NCBI GenBank assembly: GCA_964016885.1
Contig: OZ024740.1
Location: forward strand, 388,430,001 to 388,494,000
DNA: 64,000 bases
Source: Eledone cirrhosa
Lineage: Eukaryota
Direction: 5' to 3'
Part shown: one piece after another, positions 26,503 through 40,259 of the stretch
Layout: each line of letters starts with the position of its first letter
Numbering within the stretch: the stretch's first letter is position 1
Position numbers and translations under genes: made by a program
Notes under the pieces: model-generated
What the model saw: only the letters and a program-made list of their open reading frames with translations
Database searches by the model: none
Told to the model about the DNA's origin: nothing

Positions 26503-27330
26503 TTCACTTAAGTGTTTTACATGATAGTGAAATACGACCTGTTGTATATCGCTTCATTCTGGAGTGTCAATTACGTATAACACATTAGGGATATTACTAT
26601 AAAAATCCATTATCGATTCCCAGTTATTAAAAGACGAGGATTATAAAATCTCAGTGGATATCCATGCTTCAAAGACCATTTCTACTCAACTGATGGTTTG
26701 AAAAATGTTACTTCAGATTATGTGTATTTAGTTGGAACTTGTATTATAACATCCACACAAGCAATAATCGGCTGCATTCATATCAGGTGTAATTAATTTT
26801 TATTGTCTTTATTAATAAATTGCCAAAGATTACCGGCTGCTGACAATATTCGGAATTTTTGAAATTAATTAATGGAAATATATTAAAAACATTTCAACAC
26901 TACTAATCTCTACATATGGATCAAAAAGTCAAACATGTTTATGCAAATATATTGTGTGAAGAGGACGTAAAATAATCTACCTATTATTCTATATTTTCTG
27001 CTCGTGGAAATTATTCAACCACCACTTAGCCCGCGAACTACTTCCTATTAACTGCGAGCCTCGCAAGCTGGTGTTGCTGATCCATGGCGTCTCCCTCGTC
27101 ATCACCAGGGGCAACATCTTCTACATCGTCCGCTGAGTATACATCATAACATGGATCTGATCGTACACGGCTACCTACTCCCACACAGACCAGATTCTAT
27201 TTCACATTTTCAATTTAAATTATAAGCGTGTCACATAATCCTAATACGAGGAATGGTATTTTGTTCATTTACTCTGATAAGAGCTATTGACAAATCAACA
27301 CGCGCACACAATTACCCAGGCCATTCCACG

Positions 27331-27364
<34 letters not shown>

Positions 27365-27503
27365 TGTAACGATGGAAGTGTGGTAAGGAACCAAGTGGGC
27401 CATAACGCACCAGAGTACTCAATACTTCGGGTAGTAGAGTGGGTAATAGGAAAATGCATGTATATATATATTCACGTATATATACCACGCACATATGTAA
27501 TGT

Positions 27504-27534
<31 letters not shown>

Positions 27535-27672
27535 AACATAGCGTAAAGACACATTGTTGGCAGAGGTCCCGGAATCTTTTTATATGCATTTAATAATGTG
27601 TTTTAGGGGGTGGGGAGGAAGTAAGAGTAGGTTTACATTTAAAGGGTGACGGATAAAGAATACATATATATA

Positions 27673-27735
<63 letters not shown>

Positions 27736-28232
27736 CAGTTGAAAATTGCAAACTTGACTGTCACCACACATTATGAACCAGAAGATTGAGAAAGCATGTG
27801 TAGTAAGAGTTGCCTCCCCTGCCATGACAATCTCATCACTGCTCTCTAGACAGGAAGTAGGTGGAGTTGCTTCCCTTTGGGATTGACCAGACTCCCTGGT
27901 GGTCACTTCCGGTCAATAGATATAAAAGGAGCGGTTTACCACGAAATCTCTCTCTCGCCTCCTGATTCCTGAAGTGGTAACACCTTCGACCATAGCTTGT
28001 GATTCCTTCTGGACGACCCTTTCGTTACCAAGCACAATGCAGCTTACAGCCTGAGATGAGAGCCTAAGATGTTTCTACCAACTTCAGCCTTGTATTATGA
28101 CCATCGGGTAACAAACCCTTATATTTAATGCCTTTTGACTTCCATGAAGTAAAAACTTTATTACCACACACACACCGGTATTTACTGTCTTTTATATTAT
28201 GTTGCATGTACACCGATACTTATTTCCTAAAG

Positions 28233-28251
28233 TGGTGACCCCCGACGTGAT
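28233..28251 (+). other. Primer-binding site complementary to tRNA-Trp
   Basis: TGGTGACCCCCGACGTGAT versus the canonical Trp PBS TGGTGACCCCGACGTGAT (one extra C). Confidence 0.8.
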
Positions 28252-28690
28252 TTAAAAAAAAAAAAAAGAATGGGAAATGGTATACGGTGTATTTAATATG
28301 ATATAAAAAAAAAAGAGAAAAATATAACACCTACAATTATTGACACGCAGACAAACCACAATTGTATAAATGTTTTCACCATTCTGTTTTCTCTCCTTTT
28401 CTGCCTTTCGCTTCTCTCGCTAAAAAATTTATGAGGATGACACGATGGAGTCTCTCTTCTCCATCAATAGTGTTTTGGGCGCGAAATAGTCCGCCATGTT
28501 GGATTTTTTTTGTTGAGTTTTTAGGTTCCTCGCACTTAATGTAGATAACAGCATTCAAGTAATCGCTTGTTCGCATATTGTCCCGGATGCATTATTTTTC
28601 CGGTTCAGTGGTCTGACGAAAGAATTTAGTTTTCATTTTCTGTTACCTTAGAGACATTTTTCCCAAACGGTAGTTTACTACGGCATACCA

Positions 28691-29485
28691 ATGGCTTCCC
28701 ACTCTGTTCTGCCAACGTACACGGGCGACGTAAGGTTATGGTTCTCGCAGTTAGAAGCTTTCTTCAGGGTGAACAGAGTCGACGAGGAACTACAACATTC
28801 TGTGGTCCTCAGCGCAATTCCGCCGGCAATTCTCCCAGCGGTCAAGGACCTCGTGTTAGAGGCAACGACAGATTCGTCGTACACGTCTCTGAAGGCTGAA
28901 ACACTCAGCCGGACAGAACAGTCGTCAGAGAAGAGATTTAGGGCTCTGGTCCACCTGGAGCATATAGGGGATGGCACCCCATCGAACCTCCTTAGGCGAA
29001 TGAAGGACCTAACGGAGAGGTCTGCAGCGGAAACTGTCCTGCTGAAGCAGTTGTTCTTTTCGCGCCTGCCGACGAACGTACAGGCAATTTTGGCCCCCAT
29101 GAGGGATTCAAGCACGGTTGAGCAGCTTGCCTCATCGGCGGACAAAATTTTCGAGGTGACGAATGCCAGAGACAGCGACCCCCTCGCCGCTGTTCAACAC
29201 CCAGCTCGGGCCACACACGGCCATGCGACCTACGCGGCAGCACCAACAGACAGATCGACTATCATTGCGATGCAAAGGTCCATTCAGGAGCTCACCATGG
29301 AGCTCCACAAGATGAAGGCCTTGTGTGGTGGCTGTTCGCGCTCCCGCAGTCGCGGGAGATCGCAAAGTTTCAGACGGCGTTCCAAATTACCAGCTTCATC
29401 CCTATTCTGGTACCACGAGCGATTCGCTGAGAACGCGAAGCACTGCGTGCAACCTTGCTCCTATCATAAGGCGGGAAACGCATAA
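28691..29485 (+). CDS. gag: Gypsy Gag
   Basis: [31 protein letters not shown] tract, (C)WYH.RF..NA..C..PC; position after the PBS. Confidence 0.85.
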   Translation: MASHSVLPTYTGDVRLWFSQLEAFFRVNRVDEELQHSVVLSAIPPAILPAVKDLVLEATTDSSYTSLKAETLSRTEQSSEKRFRALVHLEHIGDGTPSNLLRRMKDLTERSAAETVLLKQLFFSRLPTNVQAILAPMRDSSTVEQLASSADKIFEVTNARDSDPLAAVQHPARATHGHATYAAAPTDRSTIIAMQRSIQELTMELHKMKALCGGCSRSRSRGRSQSFRRRSKLPASSLFWYHERFAENAKHCVQPCSYHKAGNA

Positions 29486-29496
29486 GAGGTCCTCTG

Positions 29497-32400
29497 ATGG
29501 GGACAGATGGCCTCAACATAAAGCCACCAAACCGCCATTTCTTCATTAAGGACCTAATATCAGGAAGAGGTTTCCTCGTGGATACAGGAGCCTCCTGTAG
29601 TATCTGGCCGGTCCATTGCCTGAAAGATACCCCCATAGAGTCATCTGTTACGCTGCAGGCAGTTAACCACTCGTCTATAAAGACGTACGGGCAAATCTCG
29701 CTCCCTCTTAAATTCCTAAATCTTCGAAGGGATTTTAAGTCGATTTTTACGGTTGCCGATTTGCCATATCCCATCTTAGGAGCGGATTTCCTCCACAACT
29801 TCTCTTTAACTGTGGACGTCCGTGGCCAACGCCTGGTGGATAACATCACCGGCTTTTCAATTCATGGCCAGGAAGCCAATGCCCCAATAGTCAGCCCCGT
29901 GTTCTTTATCGCTGCCGCTGGTGACGCTTACCATGCGTTACTGGGTTCTTTCCCGGAGCTCACGGATGGAAATTTTGTCACTGACCCAGCACACTCGACC
30001 GAACATTTCGTTTCCACCACCGGTGCCCCAGTGTTTTCGCGTCCACGCCGCTTACCGACGGAAAAATTAAAGGCAGCACGGTCCGAGTTCGACCATATGC
30101 TGCAGCTGGGCATTATTCGCCCATCTACGAGTCCTTGGGCTTCACCGTTACACATGGTGCCCAAGACTTCCGGCGACTGGAGACCCACGGGGGATTATAG
30201 GAGGTTAAATGCCATGACCGTCCCGGATAGGTATCCCATTCCCCATCTCCACGATTTTGCATCTTCACTGCAGGGGTGTAACATTTTTCTAAGTTAGATT
30301 TAGTGCGAGCCTACCACCAAATTCCGGTCAGGAAGGAGGATATTCCGAAAACTGCGATTACAACCCCTTTCGGATCATTCGAATTTTTGACCATGCCTTT
30401 CGGACTCAGGAACGCCGCTAGCACTTTTCAGCGGTTCATAGACGAGGTCACGCGGGGTCTGGACTTCGTCTATGCTTACATAGACGATATTCTCGTCACT
30501 AGTTCCTCTCCGGAAGAGCATATGCGCCACATGCTTCTCTTACTTCGGCGACTTCAGGATTACCGCGTTCGCGTGAATCCTGCAAAGTGTGTTTTCGGTT
30601 CCACTTCCCTACATTTTTTAGGCCACCTCATCGACGCCGAAGGTATTAGGCCGCTCCCTCAGCGAGTTCAAGCCATACAGGAGTTACCGCCGCCTACTAC
30701 ACTTCACCAGTTGCGTCACTTCTTAGGCCTAATCAATTTCTATAGGCGTTTCATTCCTCATTGTGCTAATTGGCTATCTTCCCTTACTGACATTTTAAAA
30801 AATCGTCGTAAGAAGAATGAAGACATTTCCTTGACACAAGGACAGCTTCAGGACTTCCAGTCTGCCAAGACAGCCCTCGCTAGTTCTTCTTTGCTAGCCC
30901 ACCCGGTACCAGAGGCCAAGCTTTCGCTTTGTGTTGATGCATCTGATACCGCTGTGGGAGCAGTTTTACAGCAGTCTTACGCTGAAAACCAACAACCTTT
31001 GGCATTTTTCTCGAGGAAGTTGAAACCAGCAGAAACGCGTTATAGCACGTTTGGGCGGGAATTATTAGCCATATATCTGTCGGTGAAACATTTCTCCCAT
31101 ATCCTTGAGGGGAGAAATTTTACGGTTTTTACCGACCACAAACCGTTGACCTTCGCTTTGAGGGCCAAAGCCGACGGATATTCGCCCAGAGAGACAAGGC
31201 ACCTGGACTACGTTTCACAATTTACAAACGATATCCAGCACATTGCCGGCTCGCACAACATAGTTGCAGACGCATTATCACGTTTGCCAATTAGCTCCTT
31301 CTCGTCATCCCAGAATATCGACTTAGGTCGTTTAGCTGCAGACCAACCTGTACTCCAATCGTTGGACACTCTTTCTACTGAATTTGCGACTTGCATTTTC
31401 AAATATCTGCCCTTGTCCACCACCAACAGGCAGATTCTTTGTGATGTATCCACTGATGCACCACGACCACTTGTTCCTGAGACTCACCGTCGAATTGTGT
31501 TCCTGGCTTTGCACAACATTTCTCATCCAGGATCTGCTGCCACAGTTAAACTCATAACAGCCAGATTCTTCTGGCCTAATATCAGGCGCGACATTGCTGC
31601 TTGGTGCCGTTCCTGTATCGCTTGCCAGAAATCGAAGATCCATAGACACATCTGGACTCCACTGGGTGCTTTCACCACTCCAGATGCTCGGTTCCAACAC
31701 ATCCACATTGACATCGTTGGACCTTGGCCATTCAGCAGTGGATATTCCTTCATATTGACGTGTGTCGATCGTTTTTCGCGATGGCCTGAAGCCATCCCTT
31801 TACAAGACATGACTGCTGAGACTGTAGCACGTGCCCTGGTATCAGGGTGGATTACCCGCTTTGGGGTACCAACTACACTCACCACAGACCGCGGTAGACA
31901 ATTCGAGTCCCATCTCTTCTCTGAGCTCACCAAAATAATTGGAGCTCAACGGATTCGGACCACAGCCTATCATCCTGCTTCAAACGGAATGGTGGAACGA
32001 TTCCACCGCCAATTAAAGGCCGCTCTTCGCGCCTATCCAGACTCTCAACGTTGGAGCGAGTACCTTCCTATTGTGTTATTAGGAATTCGGTCATCAATAA
32101 AGGAGGACCTTGGGTTCTCCCCGGCCGAATCAATTTACGGTGCTCCTCTAGCGTTGCCTGGGCAAATGCTCGCCCCTGTTGATCTTGCTTTCCAAGATCC
32201 GCTTTCCTACGTATCCCGTCTGCGTTCTTATTTACAGGACCTGCCGCCGATGGATACGAGGAAGCAAACTGTAAAACCTACGGTCCCGAGGGACATTGCC
32301 TCGTGGACCCATGTGTTCGTAAGGAACGATGCTGTGAGACCACCCCTCACACAACCATACTCTGGACCCTACCGTGTGTTAGCACGCACTGACAAACATT

Positions 32401-32621
32401 TCACTGTAGACGTTAAGGGGTCCAGAGAGACAATTTCGGTGGATAGACTGAAAAGGGCACACAATGACGCTCATACACCCGAGCCACAAATACCCCAATC
32501 TTTCTCTCTTGTGCATACACCTGCTCCTTCTGCCCCACCTTCACCTACATACAAGACTACGACCCGTTCCGGTCGGAGAGTCCACTGGCCCAAAAAGTTC
32601 TGCCAAACTATTTTTATGTGA
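29497..32621 (+). CDS. pol: Gypsy Pol (protease, RT, RNase H, integrase), split by a single 1-nt frameshift at about 30285
   Basis: FLVDTGAS; SPWASP..DYRRLN; AYHQI..MPFGL..YIDD; DAS..ELLA..TDH..ADALSR; HHCC and [19 protein letters not shown]. Confidence 0.9.
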
Positions 32622-33852
32622 ACTCGCCATTGGAGCCTTATATATATATATATATTTTCTTTTTTGCTGTTCTTGTTATTTATTGATTTATTGTATTGCA
32701 ATGTACCTCTCATTACCATTTCACTGGATGTATATATATGTTTTTCGTTTCCTTTACAACGACATTTTAAGCTATATTCTTCTATTTGCCGGTTTATAAA
32801 TTTACCACGTAAATTTACCGTTGATAACCGCGCATTTATTAAGAATGCTTATTTCTCTGGTCGCTGGCCTCTTGACCCTTCCAGGTCAACGCATTCACAA
32901 CATCAACGACAACAACACAGCTTCATCAACAACTAAAACCAGCAGAACAAGCCAGACAATTTATTTCTACAGCACTCGGCCTGTGAGAAATTACCTTCGG
33001 AAGTTGGACATTTCATGTTATACCACAGACCAGAAACCACCTGCATTCATTCTCTGGAACACATTTTTTACTGCTGTCATGTGACTGCACACATGTTAAC
33101 TGTATTTTAGATATTTGAACTTTTGACCTCTTCTCTTACTTCCATTACTCTGTACCATAATTTTCATGCCTCTTACATGCTCGCCATCTTACTCCATGCA
33201 TGCTTCTTTCGATTTTTATGTTTTAAAAATCTGGTGGGGGATAATGTAGTAAGAGTTGCCTCCCCTGTCATGACAATCTCATCACTGCTCTCTAGACAGG
33301 AAGTAGGTGGAGTTGCTTCCCTTTGGGATTGACCAGACTCCCTGGTGGTCACTTCCGCTCAACAGATATAAAAGGAGCGGTTTACCACGAAATCTCTCTC
33401 TCGCCTCCTGATTCCTGAAGTGGTAACACCTTCGACCATAGCTTGTGATTCCTTCTGGACGACCCTTTCGTTACCAAGCACAATGCAGCTTACAGCCTGA
33501 GATGAGAGCCTAAGATGTTTCTACCAACTTCAGCCTTGTATTATGACCATCGGGTAACAAACCCTTATATTTAATGCCTTTTGACTTCCATGAAGTAAAA
33601 ACTTTATTACCACACACACACCGGTATTTACTGTCTTTTATATTATGTTGCATGTACACCGATACTTATTTCAACATGAAAGTACTTGTTCAATTAACAC
33701 TTAACATTTAATATTCTACCATACTATTTCATTCTAATACCATTATAAATTTTAAAGGATTGTAAATAAAACGAGTAAATCAGACAAAGTTGGAATTCCT
33801 TTTATTAATATAATCTTCTATACACAATCATACACACCCGTGTATATTTATC

Positions 33853-33976
<124 letters not shown>

Positions 33977-34699
33977 TGTGTTATGTGTGTGTGTGTGTTT
34001 ACATATATATAGTTCAAATTAAAAGTTATATATATATAGAGAGAAAGACAGTCATATATCTTTTGAGAAACAGTATTTTGTACATTGTATGTGTTTTTGT
34101 ACACACACACATACGCATGCACACACACATACACACACGCCCACAAGCTATGATGGTTAGTTGCGATATAGGCGGCACGTTGTCAGACGAATAAACCACT
34201 CCAGACCAACATCGGCAAACTACTATGAGAGATGGAGTAATGGGTGACAAATGTCCCAAATACTTATATTAATACGCTGTTCTCTAGTAACACAACCAGC
34301 TTTTATATTTCTCATGTATTCTTTTCGCGATTTGAATGTTTGTTTTGTATTTTCGTGGTGTGTTAAAGTAACTCAATGGATGGTTGTCTCATATGAGACT
34401 AGTTGATTTCATACTATATAAACTATTGATTAATTCAGCGATTAATTAATTATTTGTATTGGTGTTACATGGATCCCCATAGAAACAATTCTAGAAATTA
34501 AAGATTGAATTTCAGTTGGTTTTCCTTCTGCATTGATTATGCATGTTCCGTGGCATTCATCGTCTTCATGTACCAGTAACATAACCCTATAGATTATGTG
34601 AGCTTTGAATCCTGCCATGTTTTACAAGAGAATAACGCATTGAGCTCAATGCGTTATTCCAAAATATTAGTGGATTCTTTCACGTTCACTAAATCTCTG

Positions 34700-34798
<99 letters not shown>

Positions 34799-34812
34799 GC
34801 ATATATATATAT

Positions 34813-34892
<80 letters not shown>

Positions 34893-34894
<2 letters not shown>

Positions 34895-35383
34895 CCGGGG
34901 TTCAATCGGGGGTAACCACAGTAGGTAAGGTACTCAATACATAGCGGAGTATAAATATTTAATATAGAAATGGCAAATTGTAAAATTGTGGCGTAGATGA
35001 AAAAACAAAAATATCTGTATATAAACGGACAGTCCAGGGACACATGTATTGTCCAACCATATGCCAATGTGGTTCAATGGCAGGTTAATAAATTAGCGAG
35101 CCAGAACATATATAATCAAGGTTTAGCAAATAAGAAAAAGTTTCAAAATAAATTTTAAAAAATTAACTGTACTCACTATGGTTACCTTTACCGAATCGGT
35201 TTCGAGTCTCAAAAATAAATGGACAGTCCTTACGGCCATCCATTGCAAAGATAAACTCTCGTCAGAAGGATCTTTTCACTCGGAGAATATAAAATTCCCG
35301 AGTTCAAATTACAAACTGGCGCTATTCAAAACTGTTCCCGAGATAAGAATAAATGATGTGGAAGTAATTCCGTCAAATGCCGT
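34893..35383 (-). mobile_element. Short non-coding HHR-bearing element (PLE 3' end) between microsatellites
   Basis: Contains the HHR at 35185-35269. Its terminal segment is homologous to 42890-42975, and 35045-35120 resembles 50760-50835. Confidence 0.7.
35185..35269 (-). ncRNA. Intact type I HHR with extended stem II and a true stem III
   Basis: CCUU-CUGACGA-GAGUUU..AAUGGAUGGCC GUAA GGACUGUCCAUU..AGACUC-GAAA-CCGA U UCGG-UA/AAGG. Confidence 0.85.
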
Positions 35384-35391
35384 TATATATA

Positions 35392-35502
<111 letters not shown>

Positions 35503-35565
35503 TATATATATATATATATATTATATATATATATATAAATATATGTATGTATACATATATTTATA

Positions 35566-35597
<32 letters not shown>

Positions 35598-35653
35598 CAT
35601 ATATATATGTGTTATGTATATATACATATATGTAATAATATTAAATTTGAAGA

Positions 35654-35708
<55 letters not shown>

Positions 35709-35711
<3 letters not shown>

Positions 35712-38355
35712 TAGGTTTGTTGGTTCACCACTGGATAGAACTGGTCATTCCGTATGGTCAATCCTGGTGAAATATTGTGAAGAGTACTCAACGCAGTGCA
35801 GTTCACCCATGTGGTGCGAATACGGAGTTAATTATAAATAAAATAAAATAACAGGAGGCTGGACTGGTGTAAATCCTTAAAAGGTTTATTATACTATGAT
35901 AATTTCAATGACTGGGTTCCATATGAATCCGGTGATATCATCAAGTATTGGAATATAACAAAGGAATATGTGAAAAAAAACCATGGGTCCGAAAAATCAG
36001 AGACAGAGACAAAGAGGACGACTGACCAACTAGCTACTCAACCAGTCGCCCTCAAAGTGGTGGCAACTGAATCTACTAATGAACATCTGGTGAGGGGCCG
36101 GAGGCTTATAATGCACTACCACCACTCCATCAAAGAAAAAGGGGAAGAAAGAAAGAAAGGGGGAAAGAAGTCAGTGTAAGGGCCACACTACATTAATGCT
36201 AGAAAATGCCGCGAAAAAATGCTACTCCAAAGAATCTATAATGGGTGTCTGTATGGTCTAATGTGTGAACCGAAGATTGGAACGTTAAACTTATGTTGCG
36301 AGTTATAGGATGAAATTAAATTAAATTAAATTAAAAATATTAAATTTCAAAATGATAAAGTGAAAAATAAGTTATTAGAGAATTAAAGGTTAAGGTAGCG
36401 AGATTTATTTATTTAATGAACTTACGGAGAGAGTCTTATATGAAAAAATTTATCTCGATAAGATATTAGGATGGGATATAGAGTAAAGATTTCGATTGGG
36501 AGTCCCAGCCAGCAACGCCCCCCCCCCCCCATGAGTCAGCCAGTCTCGAGTGGTATCGTCCAGCGAAAGAAATGGAAATTAATTTTTCCGAGTACTCTAG
36601 GAACGTAGCTACCTTAGGCTCCGGGAGCGCTAGCGGGAACTCCACAATTTCGACAGGCCATCGTCTATACCAAACGAATACTATTAAATCACACATGAGG
36701 GGTTTATTTACGTGCCAGTAGAGGCATGATACAGCTAGTAGTTATGCCTAAACCTGGAGTTTATAGGTATAAGTATAATGTGGCGGCCAAAACAGGCGGC
36801 ACGGTGGGACCGGGGCAAAGCAACCCGCTCCGAGTAATTTCGTTTACCGAAAGAGGAGAAATTTATTTTTCCGAGCACTCAAGGAAGGCTGAACTTTCCG
36901 AGTGCCCAGCGCGCAGCCGGGAAAAAGCCACCACACAAGTCGAAGGTAGCAACCCAATGAAATGTGCAAATAGACTAAAATTATTTTAAAGTTCCAGTTA
37001 GTCCGGATTATAAGTAGTGTGGTTCTTAGGTGGGTAGGGGCTATGAAAGGTGCATAATGACCTGAGTAAGGAAAGTTACAAAAACATAATAAAAGCAGGA
37101 TACAAAGATAAGATACAAATATAAAGATAGAATACATTGATAAAAATACATTAATACAATAATAAAAAAATAATAAAATAATAAAAAAATATACATAAAT
37201 TAAATAATTAAAAAAATTAATAAAGGTAAATAAGAATCAATATAGATCAAGTTGTAGTAAGATAATACATATAGATATAGATATAGAGGATGGAGGAGAT
37301 GGACTGGTAACAGGTTGTACCTAGTGTAAAGTTCGGGTCTCCGAATTCAGTGTGAGTCACAAAAAGTCCTGAGGTAAGAGTAGAGAATTCAGTCAATACA
37401 ATACATGTTTTAGTATAATACGTAGAGTTTTGTCGGAATCGGAATCATCCCGACAAGGCATAACTACTAGCTGTATCATGCCTCTACTGGCACGTAAATA
37501 AACCCCCCATGTATGATTTAATAGTATTCGTTTGGTATAGACGATGGCCTGTCGAAATTGTGGAGTTCCCGCTAGCGCTCCCGGAGCCTAAGGTAGCTAC
37601 GTTCCTAGAGTACTCGGAAAAATTAATTTCTATTTCTTTCGCTGGACGATACCACTCGAGACTGGCTGACAAATGGTGGGGGGGGGGGCGTTGCCGGCTG
37701 GGACTTCCAATCGAAATCTTTACTCTATATCCCATCCTAACATCTTGTCGAGATAATTTTTTTCATATAAGACTCTCTCCGTAAGTTCATTAAATAAATA
37801 AATCTCGCTACCTTAACCTTTAATTCTCTAATAACTTATTTTTCAATTTATCATTTTGCAATTTAATATTTTTAATTTAATTTAATTTCATCCTATAACT
37901 CGCAACATAAGTTTAACGTTCCAATCTTCGGTTCACACATTAGACCATACAGACACCCATTATAGATTCTTTGGAGTAGCAATTTTTCGCGGCATTTTCT
38001 AGCATGAATGTAGTGTGACCCTTACACTGACTTCTTTCTCCCTTTCTTTCTTTCTTCCCCTTTTTCTTTGACGGAGTGGTGGTAGTGCATTATAAGCCTC
38101 CGCCCCCTCACCAGATGTTCACTAGTAGATTCAGTTGCCACCACTTTGTGGGCTACTGGCCGAGCAGCTAGTTGGTCAGTCGTCCTCTTTGTCTCTGTCT
38201 CTGATTTTTCGGACCCATGGTTTTTTACATATTCCTTTGTTATATTCCAATACCTGATGATATCACCGGATTCATATGGAACCCAGTCATTGAAATGATC
38301 ATAGTATAATAAACCTTTCAAGGATTTACACCAGTCCAGCCTCCTGTTATTTTTA

Positions 38356-38365
<10 letters not shown>
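35709..38365. mobile_element. Large non-coding fold-back element (arms ~35835-36749 and ~37456-38365, ~700-bp spacer, left tail 35709-35834) with an HHR near each outer end
   Basis: ~910-bp inverted arms, reflected in mirrored spurious ORFs in the track. Flanked by (TA)n. Confidence 0.9.
38250..38307 (+). ncRNA. Type I HHR (mirror copy at 35891-35948, minus strand, core UUGAUGA)
   Basis: AUAC-CUGAUGA-[UAUCACCGGAUUC AUAU GGAACCCAGUCAUU]-GAAA-UGAUCA-UA/GUAU. Confidence 0.7.
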
Positions 38366-38428
<63 letters not shown>

Positions 38429-38429
<1 letters not shown>

Positions 38430-38821
38430 TATAAATTATGTCCATGGAATCATTTGATAAGATATATACACCATTTGCTCTCCCAATTAGCATAATCAAC
38501 CACACAACAAACCAATTAAACCAGGCTATAAGATTAAAAGGTACCCATGAAGAAATAATAGATAAATAAACGACAGCCATCTATTCGCGATCAACAGCTA
38601 TAGAATATTTACCCAGCATTTCAATAGCACGTGGAAATCGATTAAAAATATCGTCAACCATACACAATTAGGTATAAAATTAAAGTTAGAAGAAAAAATG
38701 CATATACACATACCAGGATTACGTTTCTATCTTTTAAGGTTTCGTTCGCTTTTGGAAATTCCTATCAAGGATAAATTCTCGAGCTTCGAACTCATCACGA
38801 AACAAACTTACTTGGACGAAG

Positions 38822-38823
<2 letters not shown>
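38429..38823 (-). mobile_element. Diverged monomer of the 660-bp HHR family with a degenerate HHR (38731-38802)
   Basis: Shares CTCCCAATTAGCATAAT and ACCAGGCTATAAGA with 50165-51253. Core GUGAUGA-GUUCG..CGAAC-GAAA. Confidence 0.65.
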
Positions 38824-38885
<62 letters not shown>

Positions 38886-38889
<4 letters not shown>

Positions 38890-40122
38890 AAAGTTTTATT
38901 TAAAATTGTTGGGTTACAACAAGTAAATATTTTATAACTGATATAAAGCACTCAACAAGTTTTGGAGTAGATATACGATATTAAACAAATGGAAACTATA
39001 TTTATAAAACCATATTTATTTCATTATACATATTTCGGGGATACCATATTAAAAATATGGCATGCCTTCTTCAGATAAAATACAATATATAAACAGTTTT
39101 ATAAATAAATTTTTTATAAAAAAATTTTTTCTGTGAAACAAGAAATTACAGAGTTGATCACGTAAGATCATGGGTATGTCTATAGTATCAACTAGAACTT
39201 GAGATGACCTTCTCTTTTTCTCTTTCTTTCCTTTTCCGGAAAGTACATATATACTTATTTATTTCCGTATTTTTTGAAGTTTTATCTCAGTTTTTGGTAC
39301 ATAGACCTCAGAATTTTAAACTAAACATATGGTCATTATTTTTCACACATTATATATCTATGTCTCATTCATGAATATTGATATTTACATTATAATACCC
39401 AATTCATATGAATTGATAATTCAAATTGATAGGACATAACGTAAAGATGTAAATCTATCATCCCTCTCTCTAGATATAGCTCTTTCTTCTCCTCCCTCTT
39501 TATATTTGATGAAGTCTAAGTATCGGTTATTTTAACTTTACCTCTCCAGTTTCTCTCTTGTTTTCTCTCTTACTTCTCTCCTATTTCTCTCACCTCCCCA
39601 TATATAAGAATTATTATTATTTGGTCTACCTCTTTTTCCCCCCACCTCTATCTTTCTCTCTCTCTCTGTTTTCTCTTCATTTTTTATTTCTCTCCGTCTC
39701 CTTAACACTATAACTAAATAAGTACAGTACTCCCTCCCCCCTAAATCTCTCAATTTGTATGATGAATTATTATTATTCATCTGTTGCCTCAGCTGCATCT
39801 CTTTTTTTCACCTCCTCACTATTTCTCTCTCCCCTATCTCTCTCTATTTCTCTCTGTTTTTCTTTACATACATCTCTTCTTTTTCTCCGTCTTTCTTTTA
39901 AACTGTGCTTAACACTAAATATTTATAAACATTTCACTACCAAACCAACTTCTTACATAAAAGTTGATCAATATTTATGGTACGTCAAAATTATTTATAA
40001 AACTGTTTATATATTGTATTTTATCTGAAGAAGGCATGCCATATTTTTAATATGGTATCCCCGAAATATGTATAATGAAATAAATATGGTTTTATAAATA
40101 TAGTTTCCATTTGTTTACTATC

Positions 40123-40126
<4 letters not shown>
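38886..40126. mobile_element. Fold-back element (arms ~38971-39112 and ~39988-40126, left tail) with an HHR-like motif in each arm
   Basis: 40021-40076 (+): UUAU-CUGAAGA-AGGCAUGCCAUAUU UUU AAUAUGGUAUCCCC-GAAA-UAUG-UA-UAAU. Mirror copy at 39023-39078. Stem I register is imperfect. Confidence 0.75.
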
Positions 40127-40189
<63 letters not shown>

Positions 40190-40259
40190 AGTATGTACTA
40201 AGAGTGAGTGAGAAATGAAATTTTGTTTCATTCTTTCCATTTATATATATATATATATA

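Larger units (their letters stand above)
27799..33674 (+). mobile_element. Young full-length Ty3/Gypsy LTR retrotransposon
   Basis: LTRs 27799-~28228 and 33245-~33674, with about 3 substitutions seen by eye plus divergent last bases. PBS and PPT (CTGGTGGGGGATAA, 33231-33244) present. CATG on both flanks. PR-RT-RH-IN order. Confidence 0.95.

Noticed and set aside
27030-27180. GC-richer acidic reading frame on the minus strand (..YSADDVEDVAPGDDEGDAMDQQHQL..)
   Set aside because: It is short, has no convincing acceptor, and I recognise no homology. It cannot be supported without transcript data.
35970-38321. Paired near-identical small ORFs on opposite strands
   Set aside because: They are a by-product of the inverted arms and have no recognisable domains.
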